In this document: positions 25,766-33,868 of the stretch, piece by piece
How the letters are laid out: the number at the start of each line of letters is the position of its first letter
Position numbering within the stretch: position 1 is the stretch's first letter
NCBI GenBank assembly: GCA_003221005.1
Contig: QHTZ01000055.1
Span: 1-33,868 of the forward strand
DNA: 33,868 nucleotides
Origin: Gemmatimonadota bacterium
GTDB lineage: Bacteria; Gemmatimonadota; Gemmatimonadetes; Gemmatimonadales; GWC2-71-9
Direction of reading: 5' to 3'
The notes under the pieces: model-generated
What the model saw: the letters and a program-made list of their open reading frames with translations, nothing else
What the model was told of the DNA's origin: nothing
Databases searched by the model: none
Made by a program: the position numbers and the translations under genes

Positions 25766-27151
25766 GTGAACCGGACGCGGCTGGTGCTGCGCCATCTGGC
25801 GCTGCTCCTGACTCTCACCATCGTTTATCTCGTCGCCGGCAAGCTTGGCCTGCGGCTCGCCTTCGTGCACGCCAGCGCAACCGGCGTATGGGCGCCGACG
25901 GGGATCGCCCTTGCAGCGTTCCTGACCCTCGGCTACGAGGTGTGGCCGGCCATCCTGTGCGGCGCGTTTCTCGTGAACCTGACGACCGCGGGGACGGTCG
26001 CGACCTCAATCGGCATCAGCATCGGGAACACGCTCGAGGGGGTGGTCGGCGCCTACCTCGTGACCCGCTTCGCCGCCGGCAGCCGGGCCTTCGTGCGCGC
26101 GCGGGACGCGCTCCGTTTTGCCATCCTCGCTGGCATGCTCGCCACGACCGTCAGTCCCACGATCGGCATCACCACCCTCGCCGTGGCGGGGTTCGCCCGC
26201 TGGGCGGACTACGGATCCATCTGGCTGACGTGGTGGCTCGGAGACGCGGTCGGCGCCCTCATCGTCGCGCCGGTCCTGCTGCTGTGGACGGCGGACCCCC
26301 GGCTCGGCTGGAGCAGACGCCAGCTGCTCGAGGCTGGCGCCTTGGTCGCGACGCTCGTCGCCGCCGGCGTGATCGTGTTCGGCGGCGCCCTCCTCCCGGG
26401 GATCCGGAACTATCCGCTCGAGTTCCTGTGCATGCCGTTCCTGCTGTGGGCGGCGTTCCGCTTCGGCCCGCGCGAGGTGGCGACGGCGATCGTCGTGTTG
26501 TCGGTGATCGCCATCTGGGGCACGCTGCACGGGTTCGGTCCGTTCGTGCGGGACTCGGAGAACGAATCCCTCCTGCTGTTGCAGGCCTTCATGGGCGTCA
26601 CGTCGGTGATGTCCACGGCGCTGGCCGTGGTCGTCTCGGAGCGGAAGCACGTCGAGGAGCAACTGCGGCGCCTGGCCGTGAGCGATCCCCTCACCGGGCT
26701 CGCCAATTACCGGCAGCTGATCGAGGTGCTCGACGCCGAGATCATGCGGGCGCAGCGCAACGGCCGGTCGTTCGCGATCCTGTTTTTCGATCTCGACGGC
26801 CTCAAGAAGATCAACGACCGCCACGGCCACCTCGTCGGGAGCCGGGCGCTGTGTCGCCTGGCCGAGGCGATGCGGGCTTCGTCCCGCGCCATCGACACGG
26901 GGGCCCGCTACGGCGGCGACGAGTTTGCCTTGATCCTTCCCGAGACAACGGAAGCGGCAGCCTGGCAGGTCGCGACCCGCATCACGGAACGACTGGCGGC
27001 GGACCGCGAGCATCCAAAGCTGTCGGTGAGTGCGGGTGTCGCGGAGTATCCGCGCGACGGGGATACGGTCGAGGTGCTGCTCGGCGTCGCGGACCGGCTG
27101 TTGTACGAGGCAAAGCCCCACGTCCCGAGCAGGTCCGCGCGCCGCGCCTAG
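25766..27151 (+). CDS. MASE1-GGDEF diguanylate cyclase
   Basis: GGAGGT RBS and GTG 25766; MASE1 motifs VWAPTGIALA, GNTLEG and WWLGDAVG; DPLTGLAN, DLDGLKKIND.HGH.VG, RAID I-site and RYGGDEF. Confidence 0.93.
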   Translation: MNRTRLVLRHLALLLTLTIVYLVAGKLGLRLAFVHASATGVWAPTGIALAAFLTLGYEVWPAILCGAFLVNLTTAGTVATSIGISIGNTLEGVVGAYLVTRFAAGSRAFVRARDALRFAILAGMLATTVSPTIGITTLAVAGFARWADYGSIWLTWWLGDAVGALIVAPVLLLWTADPRLGWSRRQLLEAGALVATLVAAGVIVFGGALLPGIRNYPLEFLCMPFLLWAAFRFGPREVATAIVVLSVIAIWGTLHGFGPFVRDSENESLLLLQAFMGVTSVMSTALAVVVSERKHVEEQLRRLAVSDPLTGLANYRQLIEVLDAEIMRAQRNGRSFAILFFDLDGLKKINDRHGHLVGSRALCRLAEAMRASSRAIDTGARYGGDEFALILPETTEAAAWQVATRITERLAADREHPKLSVSAGVAEYPRDGDTVEVLLGVADRLLYEAKPHVPSRSARRA

Positions 27152-27154
27152 GCC

Positions 27155-28264
27155 CTAGAAGTGGACGCGCGGGCTGACCCGCCCGCGATCCCATGCACTC
27201 GTCTGCCAGTTGTCAGGCCGCTCCGCCGTCCGCACCCATGGCGGGAGCGGCACCGCCAAGTACGCCGCCAGGGCGACGACGTACGGCTCGTACATCCGCC
27301 GCAGGTCCGCCAGCCGCTCGGCCGTCTGCCCGTCCCGCAGCCGCATCCCACCGTCGGCGAGCCGCGCCCGCAAGCGCGCGAACTCCTCGTCCGGGAGCCG
27401 GTCCGCCGGCGGCGCGGTCGGCGGCGTGCTGAAGACCTGCGCCAGATCCACCACGGAGTGTCGCGCCATCGCGAAGGTCAACTCGGCTTGGCGCACGCAC
27501 CATCCCTCGAGGCCTACGATCACGAGGGCGCTCGCGTCGAGGATCGTCGTCAGCGCGGCGAGCCAGGACTGATTGTTGTGTTGGGAGCGGAAGTACGCGA
27601 GCACCGGATACGAGATATGACTTTCGAGGACGTCCGCGGCCCAGCGCTCCCACTCGTGCAGCAGCTCTCGGAGCGCCTCGTGTTGCCCGTCCTGACGGTG
27701 CCGCCACAGCAGCTCGCCCGCCGTCGGTGGCGAGCCGGCGCGCGCGTCCAGCAGCGAAATCGCACCCTCGCGGCGGGAGAATGCCTGGTAGATCACCGGG
27801 AGGTACCCGATCACGCTCGCGAGAAAGGCGAACCCCGTGCCCGCCTCGATCACCGTCACGGCCTTGGCAAGTGCCGTCCGCGGCACGACGTCTCCCAGGC
27901 CGAGCGTGAAGAAGGTCGTGCCGCTGAGGTAGAGGTCCGCCCCGAAGCCAGGTGATCCTCCGGTCATGGCGAGCGCCGACCCAGCCGCCCATTGAACCAT
28001 CCCGAACGCGAGCACGATGCCGATCGCCCACACGCTGAGGAGCGCGAGGAGCGAGAGGGGCCCGAAGAAGCTGAGGAACGCCTCGCGCCGCTTCGCAGGG
28101 AGCAGCCGCGCGGTTGCGCGCCAGGGGAGCCAGGTGCCGCGGTAAAACAGGCGCGTGATCCGGAACCGCCGGCTGACGCGGCGCGGCAGAATGATCGTCT
28201 CGAAGGCGTCGAGCAGTACCGCGGCGAGCAGCGCGGCGCCCAACGCACCGATGCCCCATCGCAT
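27155..28264 (-). CDS. Potassium-channel-family (Ion_trans_2) protein
   Basis: TM - pore helix DLYLSGTTFFTLGLGDVVP - TM; C-terminal ESHISYPVLAYFRSQH. Start reset to ATG 28264. Confidence 0.85.
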   Translation of the reverse strand: MRWGIGALGAALLAAVLLDAFETIILPRRVSRRFRITRLFYRGTWLPWRATARLLPAKRREAFLSFFGPLSLLALLSVWAIGIVLAFGMVQWAAGSALAMTGGSPGFGADLYLSGTTFFTLGLGDVVPRTALAKAVTVIEAGTGFAFLASVIGYLPVIYQAFSRREGAISLLDARAGSPPTAGELLWRHRQDGQHEALRELLHEWERWAADVLESHISYPVLAYFRSQHNNQSWLAALTTILDASALVIVGLEGWCVRQAELTFAMARHSVVDLAQVFSTPPTAPPADRLPDEEFARLRARLADGGMRLRDGQTAERLADLRRMYEPYVVALAAYLAVPLPPWVRTAERPDNWQTSAWDRGRVSPRVHF

Positions 28265-28399
28265 AGCGGCCGGAAAGCTAGCGCGTTTGTGGTCCGGCAA
28301 CTCGCAGGGCAAATGGAGCGTCGCGCCGGTGGTTTGTCGCAATTTCGCCCGCCCGTGCCGCAAAAACGCCCTATTTCCGTGGTTGGGTGTGCTGGCATC

Positions 28400-28415
28400 T
28401 TGACTGGTAAGTCAA
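28400..28415. promoter_or_regulatory. Perfect palindrome TTGACT-N4-AGTCAA in divergent intergenic region
   Basis: Read directly; gives a -35-like TTGACT on both strands between the channel and TonB-receptor genes. Confidence 0.5.
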
Positions 28416-28492
28416 AGTTCCCCTAGGTATTAGCGTCTCGCGTCCCAGGGGGGCGAGCACCCACCCGTCAATGGACCGAAAGGATCCGAAGC

Positions 28493-30328
28493 ATGGCTGA
28501 GGTGAGGCAGGGGGCCACGACGTCCGCGCTCGTGATCGTGGGCTTGGTGTGCTTCGGTCGGTCTGCGCTCGCCCAGCAACCCGACTCGCTTGGGGCGCTC
28601 AAGCGACTGAGCATCGATCAACTGATGAACATCGAGGTGACGTCGGTGTCCCGGCGTGCGGAACGATTGTCGCACGCCGCCTCGGCGATCCAGGTCATCA
28701 CTCAGGAAGACATTCGTCGCTCCGGTGCATCGAACCTTCCCGAGGCACTGCGCCTCGCCGCGAACCTGCAGGTCGCGCAGATCGATTCACGCCAATGGGC
28801 CATCAGCGCGCGCGGTTTCAACAGCACGACGGCCAACAAGCTGCTGGTGCTCGTCGACGGACGGACGATCTATACGCCGTTATACTCCGGGGTGTTCTGG
28901 GACGTGCAGGATGTAGCCCTTTCGGACATCGACCGGATCGAGGTCATCAGCGGGCCGGGCGCGACGTTGTGGGGGGCCAATGCCGTCAACGGGGTGATCA
29001 ACGTCATCACCAACGACGCCAAGGAGACGCAGGGGCTGTTCCTGTCGGGCGGGGGTGGCACGGAGCTACGCGGCTTTGGGACCGCGCGCTACGGAGGGGC
29101 GCTCGGCTCCAAGGCTCACTATCGAGTCTACGGCAAGGGATTCGCGCGCGATCCGACGGTGTTGCCGAGCGGCCAGGACGCCCCCGACGACTGGCACATG
29201 GAGCAGGGCGGCTTTCGGATGGATTGGGATGCGGCGAGCAACCGCGTTACGCTCCATGGAGATCTGTACGACGGTCGGATCAGCCAACCGAGCCCGAGCG
29301 ACATCGCTGTCAGTGGCGGCAACGCGGTCGGCAAGTGGTCGCATACGGTCTCCGCGACTGCCGGTATCGAGGCTCAACTGTATTACGACCGGACTCACCG
29401 CGACATTCCGGGCACGTTTGGCGAGAATCTCGACATCTACGACGTCGACCTCCAGCACCATGCGCTGCTGGGCACCCGGCATGACGTGGTCTGGGGGCTC
29501 GGCTACCGGCTGATCAACGATCGCGTCGCTAACACGTCGGCGCTGGCGTTCTTGCCGTCACACGTCGCGCGCCAGTGGTTCACGGGGTTCGTAGAGGACG
29601 AAATCGCATTCCTGTCTGACCGGCTCCACGTGTCACTCGGCACGAAGCTCGAGCAAAACGATTACACGGGCTTCGAGTTCCAGCCCAGCGGTCGGGTGAA
29701 CTGGACCCCCAGTCCGCCGGCGACGCTCTGGGCCGCCGTCTCCCGGGCCCTCAGAACGCCCTCACGAATTGATCGAGAGTTCTTTGCCCCCGGTCAACCG
29801 CCGTACTTGCTCGCCGGCGGCCCGAACTTCCGGTCTGAGGGGCTGCGCAGCCTGGAACAGGTGAATCCGCCTGCACCCTTCCCCATCGTCATCGGAAACG
29901 GGCAGGAGGGCGAGTCCTACGGAGCGGAGTTGACCGGGGACTATCGCATCTCGGGTCGCTGGCGTGTGCGCGCCGGCTATACGGAGTTGCGCGTCCACAT
30001 CTGGGCCAGCCCCGGGAGCACCGACACGACGCGCGGCAGCGCCGAATCGCACGACCCGGAGCGTCAATTCATCGTCGCTACGTCGGCAGACTTGCCCGCG
30101 CAGCTGAGACTCGGCGGCGTGTTGCGCTACGTCGCCAGCATCACCAACCAACAGGTCCCCGACTATGCCGAGCTGAATGCCCGGCTTACGTGGCAGCCGA
30201 CGCGGACACTGGGCCTGTCCCTCGTGGGGCAGAACCTGTTGCATGATCGTCACGCCGAGTTTGGGACAGGGGCGACGCGTCGCGAAATCGAACGCGGCGT
30301 GTTTGGGGGCGTTGAATGGCATTTCTGA
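28493..30328 (+). CDS. TonB-dependent receptor (possible internal in-frame deletion)
   Basis: Signal peptide; LSIDQLMNIEVTSVSR; plug motifs ISARGF, LLVLVDGR and IDRIEVISGPGATLWGANAVNGVINVIT; C-terminal GQNLL...GVEWHF. Confidence 0.92.
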   Translation: MAEVRQGATTSALVIVGLVCFGRSALAQQPDSLGALKRLSIDQLMNIEVTSVSRRAERLSHAASAIQVITQEDIRRSGASNLPEALRLAANLQVAQIDSRQWAISARGFNSTTANKLLVLVDGRTIYTPLYSGVFWDVQDVALSDIDRIEVISGPGATLWGANAVNGVINVITNDAKETQGLFLSGGGGTELRGFGTARYGGALGSKAHYRVYGKGFARDPTVLPSGQDAPDDWHMEQGGFRMDWDAASNRVTLHGDLYDGRISQPSPSDIAVSGGNAVGKWSHTVSATAGIEAQLYYDRTHRDIPGTFGENLDIYDVDLQHHALLGTRHDVVWGLGYRLINDRVANTSALAFLPSHVARQWFTGFVEDEIAFLSDRLHVSLGTKLEQNDYTGFEFQPSGRVNWTPSPPATLWAAVSRALRTPSRIDREFFAPGQPPYLLAGGPNFRSEGLRSLEQVNPPAPFPIVIGNGQEGESYGAELTGDYRISGRWRVRAGYTELRVHIWASPGSTDTTRGSAESHDPERQFIVATSADLPAQLRLGGVLRYVASITNQQVPDYAELNARLTWQPTRTLGLSLVGQNLLHDRHAEFGTGATRREIERGVFGGVEWHF

Positions 30329-30918
30329 AGGCGATCGTCCTCCGAGCCTGCAAGCCGCGCGGCGTGTGGGGCGTGCCCGGCGCTTGGTTCCGCGCGGCCG
30401 CTCTGGTGCTCACGGTGGGGGCCGGCCTGGCCGCGCAAGGCGGTCGCGCCCCGGAGTATCAGGTAAAAGCAGTGTTCCTGTTCAACTTCGCGCAATTCGT
30501 CGATTGGCCGCCAGAAGCGGTACCGGATTCCAAGGCGCCGCTGGTTATCGGCGTGCTGGGGGACGATCCGTTCGGTGGCTTCCTGGAAGCGACAGTGCGC
30601 GGGGAACACCGGGGCGCGCGGCCATTCGTGGTGCGTCGTTTTAAACGGGTGGAAGACATCAAGACATGTGACATCCTGTTCATCAGTCAGTCCGAGGGGG
30701 ACCGGGTGGACGAGATTCTCGCGACTCTCAAGAGCCGGCCGATCCTGACCGTTAGTGATGGTGAAGCGTTTGCGGAGCGCGGAGGCATGATCCGCTTCGT
30801 CACCGAGAGCAATCGCATTCGGCTCAAGATCAACCTGCAGGCGGCGCAGGCGGCACACCTGACGATCAGCTCCAAGTTGCTGCGGGTGGCCGAGATCGTC
30901 ACGCCGACCAGGTCCTGA
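30316..30918 (+). CDS. YfiR family (DUF4154) periplasmic protein
   Basis: [47 protein letters not shown] and [18 protein letters not shown]. Confidence 0.92.
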   Translation: MAFLKAIVLRACKPRGVWGVPGAWFRAAALVLTVGAGLAAQGGRAPEYQVKAVFLFNFAQFVDWPPEAVPDSKAPLVIGVLGDDPFGGFLEATVRGEHRGARPFVVRRFKRVEDIKTCDILFISQSEGDRVDEILATLKSRPILTVSDGEAFAERGGMIRFVTESNRIRLKINLQAAQAAHLTISSKLLRVAEIVTPTRS

Positions 30919-30920
30919 GA

Positions 30921-32417
30921 ATGGCGTTCCGCGACTGGCCGATCAGACAGAAGCTGACCGCGATCCTCCTGGTGATCAGCGGCTTGGTGCTGCTGCTGAC
31001 CTCGGCCGCGTTCGCGACCTACGAGGTCCTGACCATTCGGCGGAGGACGGTGGCGAACCTCGCGACGCTGGGCCGCGTCCTCGCGGCCAATAGCACCGCC
31101 GCGCTGGCCTTTGCCAACGCGGCCGACGCGAGGGAAATCCTCTCCGCGCTACGCGCCGAGCCGCACATAATAGCGGCGGGTCTGTATACCCAGGACGGCC
31201 GGTTATTCACCAGGTATCCCGCGGACCTGCCAGACGACGCCCTGCCCGCGAGCCCAGAGATGGACGGGTACCGCTTCGAGCGCGGGTACATTATCGGACT
31301 CGAGCCTGTGGCGGAGGCGGGGAATCCGCGTCTGGGCACGTTGTACTTGAAGTCCGATCTCAAAGCCGTGTCCCGCACGTTGCGGCTTTCGGTGGCCATC
31401 GGCGCGAGCGTCTTGGCGATCTCGCTCTTGGCGGCGTACGTCCTGGCCGCGCTGCTGCAGGGACGAATCTCGCAGCCCATTACGGCGCTGGCGGACGCTG
31501 CAGCGGCGGTCTCCGCGCGCCAGGACTACTCCGTGCGGGCGCCCAAGGTCGGGGCGGACGAGTTGGGCGCGCTCACCGACGCTTTCAATCAGATGCTCGG
31601 CCGCATCGAGGAGCAGGAACGCGCTCTCAGAGCCAGCAAGGACGAGCTGCAACGCTACGCCTCGGAGCTCGAGCGGCGCGTCGCTGAGCGCACCCACGAA
31701 CTCGAGGAGCGCAACCAGGCGCTGCGGCGCAACGCCGCCGAGCTGAGCGCCGCCAACACCGAGCTCGACGCGTTTGCCTACTCGGTTTCGCACGACCTCC
31801 GGGCGCCGCTGCGCAGCATTGACGGGTTCAGCCAGGCCCTGTTGGAGGAGTACGGGGGGCGGCTGGATGACGCCGCCCGCGGCCACCTCGACCGCGTGCG
31901 GGCGGCGAGCCAGCGCATGGCGCAGTTGATCGACGACCTCCTGGGGCTCTCGCGGGTCACCCGCGCCGAGCTGCGGCACGAACGGGTGGACCTGAGCGCG
32001 CTAGCCCAGAGCGTCGTGGCGGAGCTTCGGGGGAGGGATCAGGAGCGCGCAGTCGAAATTGCGATCGCGCCGGACCTGACCGTGGAGGCCGATCCGGATC
32101 TGCTTCGTGTGGTGCTCGAGAACCTGCTCGCCAACGCGTGGAAGTACACGGCGAAGCGTTCGCCGGCGCGTATCGAGTTCGGGCTCACACGCCACGACGG
32201 CAAGTCAGCGTTCTATGTCAGGGACAACGGGGCGGGCTTCGACATGGCGTACGCGAACAAGCTGTTCGGCGCGTTCCAGCGCCTGCATTCGAGCAGGGAA
32301 TTCGAAGGGACGGGCATTGGCCTCGCGACCGTGCAGCGCATCGTGCACCGCCACGGCGGGAAGGTCTGGGCGGAGGGGGCCGTGGGACAGGGCGCGACAT
32401 TCTACTTCACACTCTAG
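30921..32417 (+). CDS. Sensor histidine kinase (YfiN-like periplasmic sensor, HAMP, HisKA, HATPase)
   Basis: TM - [18 protein letters not shown] - TM; [18 protein letters not shown]; H-box [12 protein letters not shown]; [20 protein letters not shown] and GTGIGLA. Confidence 0.94.
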   Translation: MAFRDWPIRQKLTAILLVISGLVLLLTSAAFATYEVLTIRRRTVANLATLGRVLAANSTAALAFANAADAREILSALRAEPHIIAAGLYTQDGRLFTRYPADLPDDALPASPEMDGYRFERGYIIGLEPVAEAGNPRLGTLYLKSDLKAVSRTLRLSVAIGASVLAISLLAAYVLAALLQGRISQPITALADAAAAVSARQDYSVRAPKVGADELGALTDAFNQMLGRIEEQERALRASKDELQRYASELERRVAERTHELEERNQALRRNAAELSAANTELDAFAYSVSHDLRAPLRSIDGFSQALLEEYGGRLDDAARGHLDRVRAASQRMAQLIDDLLGLSRVTRAELRHERVDLSALAQSVVAELRGRDQERAVEIAIAPDLTVEADPDLLRVVLENLLANAWKYTAKRSPARIEFGLTRHDGKSAFYVRDNGAGFDMAYANKLFGAFQRLHSSREFEGTGIGLATVQRIVHRHGGKVWAEGAVGQGATFYFTL

Positions 32418-32437
32418 ACCTTCAGCAATGGACGGCC

Positions 32438-32869
32438 ATGAAAGACTCGATGATCCTGCTGGTCGAAGACAACGCTGACGACGAGGCGCTGACCCGGCGC
32501 GCGCTCCAGAAGAACAACGTCAGGAATGAGCTCGTCGTCGCGCACGACGGGCAGGAGGCCCTGGACCTGCTCTTCTCCGGCAGGCGGCTTCCCCAGCTCA
32601 TCCTGCTCGACCTCAAGCTCCCCAAGATCGACGGGCTGGAGGTGCTCCGCCGCCTCCGGGCCGACGAGCGCACCAAGCTGTTGCCCGTCGTGATCCTCAC
32701 GTCGTCGACCGAGGAGCGCGACCTCGTGAACGGGTACAGCCTCGGTGCCAACAGCTACGTGCGCAAGCCGGTCGATTTCACCGAGTTCACCGAAGCCGCG
32801 CGGCAGCTGGGCCTGTACTGGTTGCTCCTGAACGAGGCGCCTCCCGCTCCGCAGCGCATGCGGTCCTAA
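32438..32869 (+). CDS. Single-domain response regulator (Rcp1-like)
   Basis: [25 protein letters not shown] and [10 protein letters not shown]; ATG 32438. Confidence 0.93.
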   Translation: MKDSMILLVEDNADDEALTRRALQKNNVRNELVVAHDGQEALDLLFSGRRLPQLILLDLKLPKIDGLEVLRRLRADERTKLLPVVILTSSTEERDLVNGYSLGANSYVRKPVDFTEFTEAARQLGLYWLLLNEAPPAPQRMRS

Positions 32870-33153
32870 TGGGCATCCCACTCCGCGTCCTGCTGGTCGA
32901 AGACTCCGAGGACGACGCCCTGCTGGTCGTTCGCGAGCTGCGGCGCGCGGGGTACGATCCGATCTACGAGCGCGTGGACTCGGCGCCCGCCACGGAGGCG
33001 GTGCTCGACTGCCACACCTGGGACCTGGTGCTCGGCGACTACAACATGCCGCACTATTCAGGCACGGCGGCCTTGCAGCGGCTGCGCGAGCACGGTCTGG
33101 GGCGAGTCTCATCAGTCACTCTGGCCAAAGCCCTTCCCGGCACAGCCACGTAG
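32869..33153 (+). pseudogene. Truncated receiver-domain gene
   Basis: LRVLLVEDSEDD...WDLVLGDYNMPHYSG.AALQRLREHGL, then unrelated residues from about 33100; lacks beta4 (T/S), the conserved Lys and any output domain. Confidence 0.8.
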
Positions 33154-33398
33154 AGCCGTCCTGCGGATCGGCATACACGTGCTGGCGACGACGCCGTGGG
33201 CGGGTGCCGCCGGAAGCGCCATGCACGTTGGGTGCGGTCTGTTGGCCCGCAGCACGCGATGCCGACCCCCGGAGTGCGAGCCCGAATCATCCCCCGATTT
33301 CCCCGCTCGCCAAGCTTAGGTGGGACGCTGTAAACTTGTGTGCCTTCGCTGCCCCCCTGGGCACGGCTTCCACGTGGACTTGAGGAGGAGATCGCGAG

Positions 33399-33868
33399 AT
33401 GCACATCACCCTGAGCGCCCGGGTGGGCGCTGCGCTGGCGTTGCTCGCTGGCGGCCCATCACCAGCCCGCTCACAGATGCACATGCAGCACCCGATGTCC
33501 ATGACCGAGGGTCCGCTCGGCATCCCGGAGACGCGGCAAGGATCGGGGACCTCGTGGCTCCCCGACGCCTCCCCGATGCACGCCTCCCACTTTGCTCTCG
33601 GAGCGTGGACGCTGATGCTCCATGGGAACGCGTTCTTCATGTATGACTGGCAAAGCGGGCCGCGGGATACCGCACAGGCAACGGGCGGGGCGCGGGGCGG
33701 TGACCAGGTAGGCATGCTCGACTGGTTGATGTTCGCGGCGAGCCGCCCGTTCCTCGGGGGACAACTGCACCTCCGCGGCATGTTTAGCACCGACCCGTAT
33801 GAAATCACCGGCGCCGGCTATCCGGAGCTCCTCCAGACGGGCGAATTTTACAAGGGCTTGCACATTCA
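33399..33868 (+). CDS. Exported Met/His-rich hypothetical protein, probably outer-membrane (3' end runs off window)
   Basis: Not in the ORF track. GAGGAGGAG RBS and ATG 33399: MHITLSARVGAALALLAGGPSPARSQMHMQHPMSM...RQGSGTSWLPDASPMH...LMLHGNAF...GYPELLQTGE; open to the edge. Confidence 0.85.
   Translation, partial: MHITLSARVGAALALLAGGPSPARSQMHMQHPMSMTEGPLGIPETRQGSGTSWLPDASPMHASHFALGAWTLMLHGNAFFMYDWQSGPRDTAQATGGARGGDQVGMLDWLMFAASRPFLGGQLHLRGMFSTDPYEITGAGYPELLQTGEFYKGLHI

Noticed and set aside
1-33868. tRNA, rRNA, riboswitch (e.g. TPP near thiE), transposase, integrase or defence genes
   Set aside because: No recognisable signatures by eye, and thiE has no intergenic leader. An Infernal/Rfam and tRNAscan run would be needed to exclude small RNAs in the gaps at 860-1057, 24626-24873 and 33154-33398.

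Overview
High-GC bacterial chromosomal segment; gene content and style suggest Gemmatimonadota, which is an inference. From left to right: (1) a minus-strand outer-membrane beta-barrel gene with a tandem domain duplication, running off the left edge and missed by the ORF track; (2) a long, mostly minus-strand housekeeping tract: rho-ruvX-mltG-[antisense thiE]-aroH-rRNA methyltransferase-CDF transporter-hypothetical-(55-aa sORF behind a sigma54-type promoter)-SDR-tdh-kbl; (3) a site-2 protease, then a two-gene mini-operon encoding a 94-aa unknown protein and a stand-alone 62-aa histidine-kinase DHp domain; (4) an RDD-SpoIIM fusion divergent from a membrane protein/DUF4129/DUF4350/MoxR/DUF58 operon that continues without a gap into Ig-like exported protein-Ser/Thr kinase(PEGA)-TPR protein-beta-barrel; (5) a REC-degenerate GGDEF protein plus a MASE1-GGDEF diguanylate cyclase, and a K+-channel-family gene; (6) a TonB-dependent receptor-YfiR-HAMP histidine kinase-response regulator module ending in a truncated receiver; (7) a Met/His-rich exported protein running off the right edge. 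Three apparent deletion or truncation scars lie at about 15707, 29840 and 33100. REP-like and 7/8-mer repeat elements sit at gene junctions. I saw no rRNA, tRNA, CRISPR array or transposase. All calls come from reading motifs by eye; no database searches were run.
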